Shown one piece after another: positions 29,649-39,866 of a stretch of 64,000 nt of DNA. The position numbers and the translations under genes were made by a program. The first letter of the stretch is position 1. The number at the start of each line of letters is the position of its first letter. The notes below the pieces were generated by a model. The model made no database searches. It saw nothing but the letters and a program-made list of their open reading frames with translations, and was not told where the DNA came from. Source of the DNA: Spirochaetia bacterium (GTDB taxonomy: Bacteria; Spirochaetota; Spirochaetia; SZUA-6; Bin103); contig CBDBOV010000005.1 of the NCBI GenBank assembly GCA_965208575.1, forward strand, positions 64,001 to 128,000, read 5' to 3'.

Positions 29649-31472
29649 CTACTCCGCCCGCAGGGCCGCCGGCAGGTATGTCCGATTGTCATGGACCGAC
29701 GCCACCGCCGGGTCGGCTTCCAACTGCGCCTTGGCGCGTACCCGGTCCTGACCTGCACGCAACCGCACCAGCGCGTACCCCCCGGTGCCGGCGCCGGCGG
29801 CGGCAAGCGCGTGCCGCACCCGCAGCAGCTCACCCGTGGTCACCCTTTCGGCAGCGTTCATTCGGCTGTCCCGGTAGCGTACGATCAGCGTGTGGGGGTC
29901 GGTGCCGCCCGGCGCGCCGGCGGCCGAACGCGCGCCCCGCGGGGCCAGCGAACCGGCCGTGGCGGCCCGTTCGCGAGCGAGGCGATCGGCGGGTAGGGCG
30001 CCGTGCGCGGGACCGACTCCGAACAGGGCGAATGCATCGAGCAGGCCCGGCCCGTAGCGGTCGTCCCGGCCCGGAGGACCCAGGTCGATTGCCGAAACGG
30101 CCAGCATCGCGCGTGCGCCGCTCAACGTGAGCGAACCGTGGTAGCCGGCGAGCAGTGCCAGAACGCCGCTGACATGCGCGGCGGCGATGGAGGTTCCCTG
30201 GTCCGGGCGGATGATCCAGCGTGACCGTCCGGCACCCGGCCCGACGCCGAGGACCGGGATCTCGCCGGAGTCGTCGCCGCCGGGGGAAACGATGTCGATC
30301 TCCGGTCCGGTGTTGGAGGTGGCGGCCAGAGCGCCGTCCGCGGCCACCGATCCCACCGCCAGGGTGTAACGGGAGTTGGCGGGATAGTTCACGCCGAGAC
30401 CGCGATTGCCGGCGGCGGCCACCACCACGGCGCCGGTTGCGGTGACCGCGCGCAGCGCTTCCTCCAGGACCTCGTCGGGCGGGCCCGGCGCCGCCAGGCT
30501 GAGGTTGATGACCCTGGCCGGAATGGGAGGCAGCGTCCCGGAGTCGTTCTCGAGTCCCGCCGCGTAGCGCAGCCCCTGCGCGACGTCGTAGGTGGTGGCG
30601 CCGCCCCGCCCCGCCACGCGCACCGGCATGATCGTGATCGGCGCACGTCCCGGCGTCCACGCCACGCCGGCCACGCCGATGCCGTTGCCGGTGCCGGCGG
30701 CAATCACGCCGGCGATCGCCGTCCCGTGCCACGATCCGTCGGTTCCCGGATCGGCGGCGTCGGGATCGATGCCGTCGCCGTCGGCGGCGGCTGAGCGGCC
30801 ACTGACGAAGTCGAAGCCGGCCGCCGCGTCGAGGTTGCCGGCCAAGTCGGGATGTCGCGTATAGCCGGTGTCGAGCACCGCCACCACCACCGGCTCGGGC
30901 GCGCCGAGCACGCCTTCCGCGAGCGCCTGCCACAACTCCGGCAGCCGGACCTGGCGCAACGGCCACTGCCCGACGGCCGTCCCCGCGCCGCACCGAACCG
31001 GGTCCGCGCCGGCGGCGAAGCACGGGTCGTCCGGTGCCGGCGGCGTTCCCGGCAGCGCGGCTACCCGGGCCACCGCGGCCGCGGCCACGGGCGAGGCGGC
31101 GGTGCCGGAGGTGGTCACCCGGACCGTCAGCCGGTGCCGGCCCGGGGCAAGCGGACGGGGCGGGCGGTAGAAGCGTGCCGAGGGGTGCAGCGAACGATAG
31201 GTCTCGCCATCGTCGAGGGACACCTCCACCGCTGCCACCGGGAGCGCGGCGTCCACGGTCCACACCCACAGCGGGGGATTGGCGTATTCCCGCAGCAACG
31301 CCGAACGATCAACCGACACCGTCAGCACGGGCGGCGGCGGTGAAGAGTGCACAATGGCCGGCTCGGCGCATGAACCGAGTGAACCGGCAACCGCGGCGAG
31401 CGCAAGCGCGAGGGCGATCCGAGACCGGGCGGCGGCGCGGCGAAGCGCGCCGGGCACGGTGCAAACACGCAC
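29649..31472 (-). CDS. S8 subtilisin-family serine protease, lipoprotein
   Basis: SLGSC lipobox; catalytic VAVLDTG, WHGTAIAG, AAAGN and QGTSIAAAHVSG motifs. The start is approximate. Confidence 0.9.
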   Translation of the reverse strand: MRVCTVPGALRRAAARSRIALALALAAVAGSLGSCAEPAIVHSSPPPPVLTVSVDRSALLREYANPPLWVWTVDAALPVAAVEVSLDDGETYRSLHPSARFYRPPRPLAPGRHRLTVRVTTSGTAASPVAAAAVARVAALPGTPPAPDDPCFAAGADPVRCGAGTAVGQWPLRQVRLPELWQALAEGVLGAPEPVVVAVLDTGYTRHPDLAGNLDAAAGFDFVSGRSAAADGDGIDPDAADPGTDGSWHGTAIAGVIAAGTGNGIGVAGVAWTPGRAPITIMPVRVAGRGGATTYDVAQGLRYAAGLENDSGTLPPIPARVINLSLAAPGPPDEVLEEALRAVTATGAVVVAAAGNRGLGVNYPANSRYTLAVGSVAADGALAATSNTGPEIDIVSPGGDDSGEIPVLGVGPGAGRSRWIIRPDQGTSIAAAHVSGVLALLAGYHGSLTLSGARAMLAVSAIDLGPPGRDDRYGPGLLDAFALFGVGPAHGALPADRLARERAATAGSLAPRGARSAAGAPGGTDPHTLIVRYRDSRMNAAERVTTGELLRVRHALAAAGAGTGGYALVRLRAGQDRVRAKAQLEADPAVASVHDNRTYLPAALRAE

Positions 31473-31483
31473 AGGCAGCGTAA

Positions 31484-31672
31484 TTACGTCGGGAGCTGCG
31501 GGAGCCGGTAGGCGGCGGAGAAGCCGAGCCCGCGGCTCAGCTCGCCGCGCCGCACCACGTCGCGGTCGACCAGACAGGCCACGCGGCCCAATTCGCCCAG
31601 GCGCCCCACCAGCGCCCGGCCGAGGGTAGTCTTGTCCGAACAGGGCATGCCGGTGATCCAGAAACCCGCCAT
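31484..31672 (-). pseudogene. cysC: adenylyl-sulfate (APS) kinase N-terminal remnant
   Basis: FWITGMPCSDKTTLGRAL...LVDRDVVRRGELSRGLGFS follows the CysC pattern WxTGxxGSGKT...LDGDxxR.GL..DLGFS, with a degenerate P-loop and an early stop. Confidence 0.7.
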
Positions 31673-31878
31673 CCGCTTCCGTGCTGCCGCCGACCATAAG
31701 CTGCGCTACCGAGTTCATCAAGCCTTGACCTAGCGTGTTGATCGCTCGTTTCCGGTCCGGGTTGGGCAACGACTACGCGCGCCACGGTTCGCACGGTTCC
31801 CCGGGATGGCGCGGGTTGTGATAGGCTTGGCCCGAACGCACGCGCGGCCCCGCCGCGCCGCAACCCAAGGAGAGTACG

Positions 31879-32595
31879 ATGTCCGAAACTGCACTGCTCG
31901 AGGAACTCAGGCAGATCGATACCCCCACCATCACCAACGTGGTGGCCACCTATCCCGGCGACGAGTTGTGCCTGGAGCTGTACCATCCGTGGGAGGCGAA
32001 CTGGTACACCGACAACCGGCTGATGTGCTGGTACCCGGAGTTGGGCCCGATTGCCGGCTACGCGGTGACCTGCACCTACAGCGTCACCGACCCCGGCTAC
32101 TCCGGGGTGTCGCTGATGGACGTGCTGGAGGCGGCGGACCGGCAGGACGGGCCCTCCATCTTCTGCTTCGAACAGCGCTTCCCCGCGGAATTGGCCGACA
32201 AGGTGGGGCTCTCCGGCGGCAACATGACCTCCGCCCTGCGCGCCTGTGGGGCGATCGGGGCCATCACCAACGGCCCGTCGCGCGACATCCACGAGATCCG
32301 CCCGATGAAGTTCCAGTACCTGACGCGCGGCATCTGCGCCGGGCACGGCCCGCAGGCGATCCAGGGCGTGCAGGTGCCGGTGAGCCTGTGCGGCATGGAC
32401 GTGGCACCCGGCGACATCGTGCACATGGACGAGAACGGCGCGGTGAAATTCCCCGCCAGCCGCCTCGAAGAGGTGGTGACCAACGCCAAGCTGCTGCTGG
32501 CCAAGGAGGATGTCCGGGTCGGGAAGCTGCTGCAGGCGGAGGGGCTGGCGGAAGTGCGCGCGATCATGGGCGGGCACCAGTACGTGAAGAAGTAG
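31879..32595 (+). CDS. RraA/HMG-aldolase-like protein
   Basis: DTPTITNV, GYAVT, GGNM, TNGPSRD and VAPGDIVHMDENG motifs; AAGGAG RBS. Confidence 0.85.
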   Translation: MSETALLEELRQIDTPTITNVVATYPGDELCLELYHPWEANWYTDNRLMCWYPELGPIAGYAVTCTYSVTDPGYSGVSLMDVLEAADRQDGPSIFCFEQRFPAELADKVGLSGGNMTSALRACGAIGAITNGPSRDIHEIRPMKFQYLTRGICAGHGPQAIQGVQVPVSLCGMDVAPGDIVHMDENGAVKFPASRLEEVVTNAKLLLAKEDVRVGKLLQAEGLAEVRAIMGGHQYVKK

Positions 32596-32605
32596 CGCGC
32601 GGCCG

Positions 32606-33723
32606 ATGCGGGTAACCGGCCTCACCGCGGCCACCCTGGTCATACCGTTGCGCAACCCCACTTCGATCGCCGCCCGCACCATGACCGAGCGCCACTACAC
32701 GCTGGTCAGGGTGGCCACCGACGCCGGCGTGGAGGGCCTCGGTTTCTGCTACTGCGGCAACGCCGCCGGCTGGGTGGTGACCGGGACGGTGCGCGACCTG
32801 CTCGCCCGCCACGTGGTGGGACGCGACTCGCACGACACCGAGGCGATATGGGACGACATGTACGCCGATGCCCTGCTGGTGGGACGGCGCGGGGCCGTGC
32901 TGCGCGCCATGAGCGCCATCGACATCGCCCTGTGGGACGCCAATGCCAAGGCGGCGGAGTTGCCGCTGTACCGCTACCTGGGCGCGGCGCGCGGCGAGGT
33001 GGTGCCGGCCTATGCCAGCGGCGGCTATTACGTGCCAGGCAAGGGCGAGCAGGATCTGGCCGCCGAGTGCGCGCGCTACGTCGACGCCGGCTTCACGGCC
33101 GTCAAGATCAAGGTGGGCCGCACCGACGCGCGGGCGGACGCGGCGCGCATCGCCGCGGTGCGGGATGCGGTCGGCGAAGAGGTGGAGTTGTTCGCCGACG
33201 CCAACAACGCCTGGTACGACGCGGCCAGCGCCATCCGCGCCAGACGCGCTGGGAGGAGTACGACCTCGGCTGGATCGAGGAACCGAACCCGCCTGACGAG
33301 CTGGCCGCGCATGCGGCGGTGGCCGCGGCGGTGGAGCCGCCGGTCGCCACCGGGGAGATTCACCAGACGCGCTGGGACTTCCAGCAGATCCTGGACCTGG
33401 GCGCCGCCGCCATCCTGCAACCCGACGCGGCGGTGTGCGGCGGCGTCACCGAGTTCCGGCGCATCGCCGCCCTGGCGGCGGCACAGGGCATTACCGTCGC
33501 CCCGCACTGGCTGGCCGACCTGCACGTACACCTGGTGGCCGCCACGCCGAACGCCACCTGGGTCGAGTACTTCACCGACACCGAGGTGTTGAACCTGATG
33601 GAGGTGTTCCGGAACCGCCTGGAGGTGCGCGGCGGCGCGCTGGTGCTGCCGCAGGAACCGGGCCTCGGCATCGTGCTCGACGACGACGCGGTAGAGCGCT
33701 TCTCGTCCGACGGCTGGCGCTGA
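32606..33723 (+). CDS. mandelate racemase/muconate lactonizing enzyme family, frameshifted at about 33245
   Basis: SAIDIALWD, KIKVG and DANNAW in the first frame; WIEEP, TGE, QPDA and APH in the second. Confidence 0.85.
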
Positions 33724-33781
33724 GCCGCACGCGTCTGGTACGGTGCAGATAGCCGGATCCAGGGTTCGGAGGAGGGTCTAC

Positions 33782-34888
33782 ATGAAAGCCGCGGTATTGC
33801 ATGAGGTTGGCGGTCCGTTCGTGATCGAGGAGCTGGACCTGCAGCCGCCCGAGCCGGGCGAGGTGCGCGTGCGGCTGGCCGCCGCCGGCATGTGCCACAG
33901 CGACTGGCACTTCGTGACGGGCAAGCTCGACCGGCCCAAGCCGCTGGTGCTGGGCCACGAGGGCGCCGGCATCATCGAGGAGGTGGGCAGCGAGGTGACC
34001 CGCGTCAAGCCTGGCCAGCACGTCATCCTCAACTGGGCTCCCTCCTGCGGCAGCTGCTTCTACTGCCTGCGCGACCAGAACGGGCTGTGCGAAACCATGT
34101 GGTACTGGCACAACGGCACCATGCACGACGGCAGCACACGGCTCAGTTTGAACGGCGAACAGGTGACCCAGTTCAGCGTGGTGTCCACCTTCGCCGAGCA
34201 GGCGATCGCGCCGGAGCAGTCGTGCGTGGTAATACCGGATGACATCTCGTTCGACGTCGCGGCCCTGGTAGGGTGCGCGGTGACCACGGGCGTCGGGGCC
34301 GCGCTGAACACCGTGCACATCCGCCCCGGCGAGAGCGTCGCGGTGTACGGCTGCGGCGGCGTGGGGCTGAACTGCGTACAGGGCGCGCGCCTGAGCGGGG
34401 CCAACCCGATTATCGCCGTGGATACCGACGCGGCCAAGCTGGAGATTGCCCGCCAGTTCGGCGCCACCGACGGGGTGGTGGCCGGCGACGACGCGCACGA
34501 GCAGGTAAAGGCGCTCACCGGCGGGCGCGGCGTGGACTTCGCGTTCGAGGCGGTCGGAGCGCCGGCGGTGCAGGAGGCTGCCTACAAGGCCGCCCGCCGG
34601 GGCGGCGCCCTGGTGGTGGTGGGCGTGGCGCCGGCGAAGTCGGTCACGCGCTACTCCGGCCTCGACCTGCACGTAAACGAGAAGCGCATCCTCGGCTCCT
34701 TCTTCGGCTCAACGGACCCGCACCGGGAGTTCCCGCGCCTGCTGGCGCTGTACCGTGCCGGCAAGTTGCTGCTCGACGAACTGATCTCCCGCCACTACCG
34801 CCTCGACCAGATCAACGACGCCTACGCCGACCTGCTCAAGGGCGGCCACAAGCGCGGCGTAATCCTGTTCGACTCAGCCGCCGCCTGA
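33782..34888 (+). CDS. Zn-dependent alcohol dehydrogenase
   Basis: GMCHSD, GHEGAG, CGSCFYC..C and GCGGVG motifs; GGAGGAGG RBS. Confidence 0.95.
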   Translation: MKAAVLHEVGGPFVIEELDLQPPEPGEVRVRLAAAGMCHSDWHFVTGKLDRPKPLVLGHEGAGIIEEVGSEVTRVKPGQHVILNWAPSCGSCFYCLRDQNGLCETMWYWHNGTMHDGSTRLSLNGEQVTQFSVVSTFAEQAIAPEQSCVVIPDDISFDVAALVGCAVTTGVGAALNTVHIRPGESVAVYGCGGVGLNCVQGARLSGANPIIAVDTDAAKLEIARQFGATDGVVAGDDAHEQVKALTGGRGVDFAFEAVGAPAVQEAAYKAARRGGALVVVGVAPAKSVTRYSGLDLHVNEKRILGSFFGSTDPHREFPRLLALYRAGKLLLDELISRHYRLDQINDAYADLLKGGHKRGVILFDSAAA

Positions 34889-34905
34889 CGGGCCGGGACA
34901 CCACA

Positions 34906-35922
34906 CTAGCGGACTTTGATTACCAGCTTGCCGAAGTTGGCGCCGGCGAGCAGGCCGATGAATGCCTCGGGGGAGTTCTCGATGCCCTCGACCACGTCCT
35001 CGCGGTACTTCAGGGTGCCGTCCTGCACCCAGCCGGCCAGGCGGCGCAGCGCCTCCTCGTGCTTGCCGGTGAACTGAAACACCAGAAAGCCCTCCATGCG
35101 CGCCCGCCTCGTGAGCAGCATGCGCGGGATGTTGCGCGGACCCTGCGGCGGCGAGGTGGCGTTGTAGAACGCGATCTGGCCGCAGATCACGGCGCGCCCG
35201 AAGATGGCGATCTGGTCGATGGCGGCGTCGGTCACCGGCCCGCCGACGTTGTCCCAGTACACGTCGATGCCGTGCGGACACAGCTCGCGCAGGCGTGCCG
35301 GCACGTCCTCGGCCTTGTAGTCGATGGCGGCATCGAAGCCGAGCTCGTTCACCACGTATCCGCACTTCTCCGGAGAGCCGGCGACGCCGATCACCCGGCA
35401 GCCGTTGTGCTTCGCGAGCTGGCCGACCACGGCGCCCACCGCCCCCGAGGCCGCGGTCACCACCACGGTGTCGCCCGCCACCGGCTTGCCGACCTCGAAC
35501 AGGCCGTGGTAGGCGGTGAGCCCCGGCATGCCGAGGATGCCCACGGAGGTGGAGACCGGGGCCACGGCGGGATCGATCTTGCGTACGTCGCGCGCGTCCA
35601 TCACCCCGTACTCCTGCCAGCCGATCTTGCCCATGGCGAAGTCGCCGGCGGCGAACCGGTCAGAGTTGGAGGCGATCACCTCGCCGACCGCGTCCGCCTC
35701 CAGCACGCCGCCCTCGGCGACCGGCGCGGCGTAGGCGGCGGGAGTCGGAGGATTCATGCGGCCGCGCATGTAGGGGTCGAGCGAATGGTAATGGGTGGCG
35801 ATCAGCACCTCGCCCGGACCCGGCTCCGGGACCGGGCGCTCGACGAGTGCGAAATCGGACAGCTTGGGGACGCCGCGCGGGCGCGCCGCCAGCGTCCAGG
35901 CGCGATTGGTTTGTGTTGCCAT
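34906..35922 (-). CDS. NADP-dependent MDR oxidoreductase (PTGR/CurA-like)
   Basis: SLDPYMRGRM, LGMPGLTAY, AASGAVG, CGQI and NFGKL motifs. Confidence 0.92.
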   Translation of the reverse strand: MATQTNRAWTLAARPRGVPKLSDFALVERPVPEPGPGEVLIATHYHSLDPYMRGRMNPPTPAAYAAPVAEGGVLEADAVGEVIASNSDRFAAGDFAMGKIGWQEYGVMDARDVRKIDPAVAPVSTSVGILGMPGLTAYHGLFEVGKPVAGDTVVVTAASGAVGAVVGQLAKHNGCRVIGVAGSPEKCGYVVNELGFDAAIDYKAEDVPARLRELCPHGIDVYWDNVGGPVTDAAIDQIAIFGRAVICGQIAFYNATSPPQGPRNIPRMLLTRRARMEGFLVFQFTGKHEEALRRLAGWVQDGTLKYREDVVEGIENSPEAFIGLLAGANFGKLVIKVR

Positions 35923-36088
35923 AACGGTTCCGCAGGATAGCACCGCCGGCGCCCGGTTGGTAGGCCGCCACGGCAGGTGCGGACGACTGGCGTTCGGTGC
36001 AGGTGGCAGCGACCACGGCTGCGGAGGCGCTTGCCAATGGCGCGGCGGCTCGCAGCAGGCGGCGCATGTGGCGTATCATCGGCTGACC

Positions 36089-36994
36089 ATGGCATCGCTC
36101 CCTGTCGCGACGCTCGGCAACACCGGCATCGAAGTGACGCGCCTCGGGTTCGGCGCGGCGTTGCACCATCCCGACAAGCCGTACTGGAACGACCAGACCG
36201 CCGAACCGCTGCACCACGCGGTGCTGGACGCCGGCATCAACTTCATCGACACCGCCTACGACTACGTCGACTCGGAGCGGCGCATCGGCGACTTCCTGGC
36301 AGTTCGCTACGGCGAGTTCACTCTGGCCACCAAGTGCGGCTGCACCGACACCCGCCCCACCGACAACAGCTCCGACCACGTGTGGACGCGCGACAACCTG
36401 TTCCGCGGCCTGGAGGGCAGCCTCGCCCGCCTGCGCCGCGACAGCGTCGACGTGATGCAGATGCACAACCCGACGGTGGCGGAGTGCGAGGCCGGCGGCC
36501 TCGTGGACGCGCTGCGGGAGATGCGGCGCGGCGGCCAGGTGCGCTTCATCGGCGTTTCCACCACGTTGCCGCACCTGCCCACCTACCTGGAGTGGGGCGT
36601 GTTCGACACCATGCAGATCCCCTACTCGGCCCTGCAGCGCGAGCACGAGGAGTGGATAACGCGCGCCGCCGAGGCGGGCGTGGGCATCATCATCCGCGGC
36701 GGGGTTGCGCAGGGCGATCCGGTTGCCGGACACGGGCTGAAGGACCGCTGGGCCGCCTTCGAGCGCGCCGGTCTCGACGAGCTGCGCGAGCCGGGCGAGA
36801 GCCGTTCGGCGTTCGTGTTGCGCTACACGCTGTCACACCCGCACACCCACACCATCATCGTCGGCACCACGCGCCCGGCGCACCTGCAGGAGAACGTCGC
36901 CACGGTGCTGCGCGGCCCGCTGCCCGCCGACACCTACGCGGAGGCCAAGCGCCGCCTCGACGCCGCCGGCGAGCGGCCCGCCCCCGCCGGGTAA
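36089..36994 (+). CDS. aldo/keto reductase
   Basis: LGNTG..VTRLGFG, FIDTAYDY, LATKCG and SLARLRRDSVDVMQMH motifs. Confidence 0.92.
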   Translation: MASLPVATLGNTGIEVTRLGFGAALHHPDKPYWNDQTAEPLHHAVLDAGINFIDTAYDYVDSERRIGDFLAVRYGEFTLATKCGCTDTRPTDNSSDHVWTRDNLFRGLEGSLARLRRDSVDVMQMHNPTVAECEAGGLVDALREMRRGGQVRFIGVSTTLPHLPTYLEWGVFDTMQIPYSALQREHEEWITRAAEAGVGIIIRGGVAQGDPVAGHGLKDRWAAFERAGLDELREPGESRSAFVLRYTLSHPHTHTIIVGTTRPAHLQENVATVLRGPLPADTYAEAKRRLDAAGERPAPAG

Positions 36995-37020
36995 CCCGGG
37001 CCGCCGCCGGAACATCGCCC

Positions 37021-38508
37021 GTGAACTACGACGACCTGCTCATGGCCACCTACGAGCTGCGCGAGAAGCTGGTGGCCGACAAGCACCGTCCGCGCTACCA
37101 CTTCGTGCCGCCGGAGGGCCGCTGGAACGACCTCAACGGCATGCTGTACTGGAAGGGGCGCTACCACATCGGCTACCTGCAGAAGATCCGCAACGCGCCC
37201 GGCGAGCGCGACTTCTCGAGCTGGCAGCACATCTCCAGCCGTGACCTCGTGCACTGGCGCTACCACCCCGCATCGCTGCGCGAGCCGCTCGCCGGCGCCA
37301 AGGGTGACTACTTCAACAGCGGCGACGCCATGGCGGGCATGGAGGTGCCCACCATCATCGCCAACATGCCGCGCCGCGGCATCTGCATCTACCAGGCCGT
37401 CGACGACGACCTTGACCACTGGGAGCCACTGGCGGCCAACCCGGTGATCGCCCTCGATCCGGGCGAGCGCGGCGAGCGCAAGCTGTCGGCGGCGTTCCCG
37501 GAGTGCGTGATCTTCGACCCGAGCGGCTGGAAGCAGGGCGACATCTACTACGCGCTGGTCGGCAACAAGAACTATCGCCCCGGCTACGAGGGCGACTGCA
37601 CCAGCCTGTTCAGGTCGCGCGACCTGGCGCACTGGGAGTACGTCGGCCCGTTCTACCGCTCCGACCGGCGCTGGACCGCGGAGGAGGAGGACTGCGCGTG
37701 CAGCGACTTCTTCCCGTTCGGCGACCGCCACATGCTGCTGATGCACACCCACCGCCCGTACGGCAAGTGCCAGTACTACCTCGGGCGCTACGAGGGCGAG
37801 CGCTTCATCCCGGAGCGCAACGGCCAGCTCAGTTGGCTCGGCTCCATGCTCGCCGGCCCGGAGACGCTGGCCGACGACCGCGGCAGGCGCATCTTCATGG
37901 GCTGGATCGCCGACGCCCGCGACTGGCAGGCCACCGGCTGGACCGGCGTGGTGACCCTGCCCTGGCACTTCTTCCCCGGCCCGGATGGGGACCTGAAGAT
38001 CGCGCCGGTCGACGAATTGGCCGTGCTGCGCCACGGCGAGGTCCGGGTCGGCGACGTGCGGCTGGCGGCCGGCGAGGAGACTGCGCTCGACGCGCTCGCC
38101 TCAGACTGCATGGAGGCCAGGATGACGCTGGCGCCGGAGGGCGCCGCCGAGTTCGGCATCAAGCTGCTGTGCTCCCCGGACGGCGAGGAGGAGACCATCG
38201 TCACCTACCGCGCCGGCGCCGGGGAGTTCGTCGTCGACTTCTCCGGGTCCAGCACCGACACTTCGCTGCGCTATCCGCACGGCGTCACCCGGCAGGTGGT
38301 GCCCTACGCCGCCGGCGAGACGCTGGACCTTGACATCTTCGTCGACCGTTCGGTGATCGAGATCTTCGTGAACCGCGACCTGGTGCTGGTGCAGCGCGTC
38401 TACCCGCTGCGCGCCGACAGCCGGCTGTTCAAGGTATTCACACGCGGCGGCGGGTTGACCGCGTCCGGCATCGTCAAGTGGGAGATGGACGCCGCCAACC
38501 CCTGGTGA
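37021..38508 (+). CDS. GH32-like glycoside hydrolase (divergent catalytic motifs)
   Basis: RPRYHFVPPEGRWND, SRDLVHW, IFDP, GRRIFMGW and VDRSVIEIF motifs. Confidence 0.85.
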   Translation: MNYDDLLMATYELREKLVADKHRPRYHFVPPEGRWNDLNGMLYWKGRYHIGYLQKIRNAPGERDFSSWQHISSRDLVHWRYHPASLREPLAGAKGDYFNSGDAMAGMEVPTIIANMPRRGICIYQAVDDDLDHWEPLAANPVIALDPGERGERKLSAAFPECVIFDPSGWKQGDIYYALVGNKNYRPGYEGDCTSLFRSRDLAHWEYVGPFYRSDRRWTAEEEDCACSDFFPFGDRHMLLMHTHRPYGKCQYYLGRYEGERFIPERNGQLSWLGSMLAGPETLADDRGRRIFMGWIADARDWQATGWTGVVTLPWHFFPGPDGDLKIAPVDELAVLRHGEVRVGDVRLAAGEETALDALASDCMEARMTLAPEGAAEFGIKLLCSPDGEEETIVTYRAGAGEFVVDFSGSSTDTSLRYPHGVTRQVVPYAAGETLDLDIFVDRSVIEIFVNRDLVLVQRVYPLRADSRLFKVFTRGGGLTASGIVKWEMDAANPW

Positions 38509-38527
38509 CCGCCGCATACCGGAGCGG

Positions 38528-39709
38528 TTACGGGTAGATCGTCTCGCCGGTCTTGTGGGCGTCGATGAAGTCCCAGTCCAGGGGCACGCCCAGGCCCGGC
38601 TCCTGCGGGACGTCGATGCAGCCGTCGGCATCGACCGAGTCGAGTTCGTCCATCCACTGGCGGTCGGGGTAGATCGGCGCCTTGGTTTCGCGCACCTTGT
38701 GGATGCCCACGCCCATCTCGAAGTAGTTGGTGTTGCGGATCGAGGCCATGCAGTGGCGGTGCGCCAGTCCGCCGCCGTGCAACTCGACGTCGAGGCCGCT
38801 CGCCTCGGCGACCGCCGCGATCTTCATCACCCCGGTGATGCCGCCGTCGGCCTGCGCGTTGGCGCGTACGTAGTCGGTGGCGCCGGCGTGGATGGTGTCC
38901 ATCTTCGCCTCCAGACCGCGCACGTGCTCGCCCATCAGCAGCGGCGTCTTGATCAGCTCGCGCAGCTTCGCGTGGGCGAACGCCGACAGGCCGCCGCCGC
39001 GGAACGCGTCTTCGTACCACATGTAGCGCGCCTCGTCGCACGCCCGTCCCACCCGCAGCACGTCGTCGAACGTGCCGAAGCCGCCGGCCGGGTCGAGCAT
39101 CAGGTCGAACTCATCGCCCACCGCCTCCCGGATCGCCAGCACCGCCGCCACCTCGCGATGGATGGAGCGGTTCACCCAGCCGTGAATCTTGAACGCCGGG
39201 TAGCCGTAGCGCTCCTTGCACAGCAGCGCGAACTCGGCGTAGTCCCGCGGCGTGGTCAGCCCGCCGTTCTCGTCGCCGTGGTAGCTGCTCGCGTAGCAGG
39301 GCAGCTTCCTGCGCCAGCCGCCGAGGAGCTGGTATACCGGTACGCCGTGGAGCTTGCCGGCGATGTCCCACAGGGCTATGTCCACCGCCCCCGGCGGCGT
39401 GCCGTCCGGCGAGCGCCGCGACCGCTTCAGGTCGTGCCAGATGATCTCCCGCTGCAGCGGATCGCGCCCGATCAGGTATTGCGCCGTGCGGGCGTCCACG
39501 TCGCCCGGCACCTCGCCGGTGATGCCGGCGTCGGTCTCGACGGTGAGGATGCTGCCGCCGCTCCGCCACGTCGCTCCGGGCGTGTACAGCGTATCCCACC
39601 CGTAGCGCGGATCCATGCTCAGATCCGCCAGCTCGTACTCGAAATGGGTCACCACGACCCCGGTTATGCTCAGTGTCGATGCCACGGTCCCCCCTTGCGG
39701 GCCCATCAT
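38528..39709 (-). CDS. mandelate racemase/enolase superfamily protein
   Basis: AVDIALWDIAGK, FKIH, LMLDP, WYED, MGE and PGLG motifs. Confidence 0.9.
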   Translation of the reverse strand: MMGPQGGTVASTLSITGVVVTHFEYELADLSMDPRYGWDTLYTPGATWRSGGSILTVETDAGITGEVPGDVDARTAQYLIGRDPLQREIIWHDLKRSRRSPDGTPPGAVDIALWDIAGKLHGVPVYQLLGGWRRKLPCYASSYHGDENGGLTTPRDYAEFALLCKERYGYPAFKIHGWVNRSIHREVAAVLAIREAVGDEFDLMLDPAGGFGTFDDVLRVGRACDEARYMWYEDAFRGGGLSAFAHAKLRELIKTPLLMGEHVRGLEAKMDTIHAGATDYVRANAQADGGITGVMKIAAVAEASGLDVELHGGGLAHRHCMASIRNTNYFEMGVGIHKVRETKAPIYPDRQWMDELDSVDADGCIDVPQEPGLGVPLDWDFIDAHKTGETIYP

Positions 39710-39866
39710 ACCGCCCGCAAGCCGCCGTGAGCACCGCTTCGCCCAGCCCGCGTCCAGCGCCAGCCGGTCGTGGCCGCCGGCTACCAGATCCGAAGCAGCC
39801 GCCCGGCGGGCTCCGCCGGCGCCGAGCGTGGCATCGCCTTCGGTACCTCGGAGCGACCGCGCCGGC

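Noticed and set aside
35977-37020. Apparent 350-aa N-terminal extension of the GH32
   Set aside because: It overlaps the AKR gene in another frame; GH32 similarity starts at GTG 37021.
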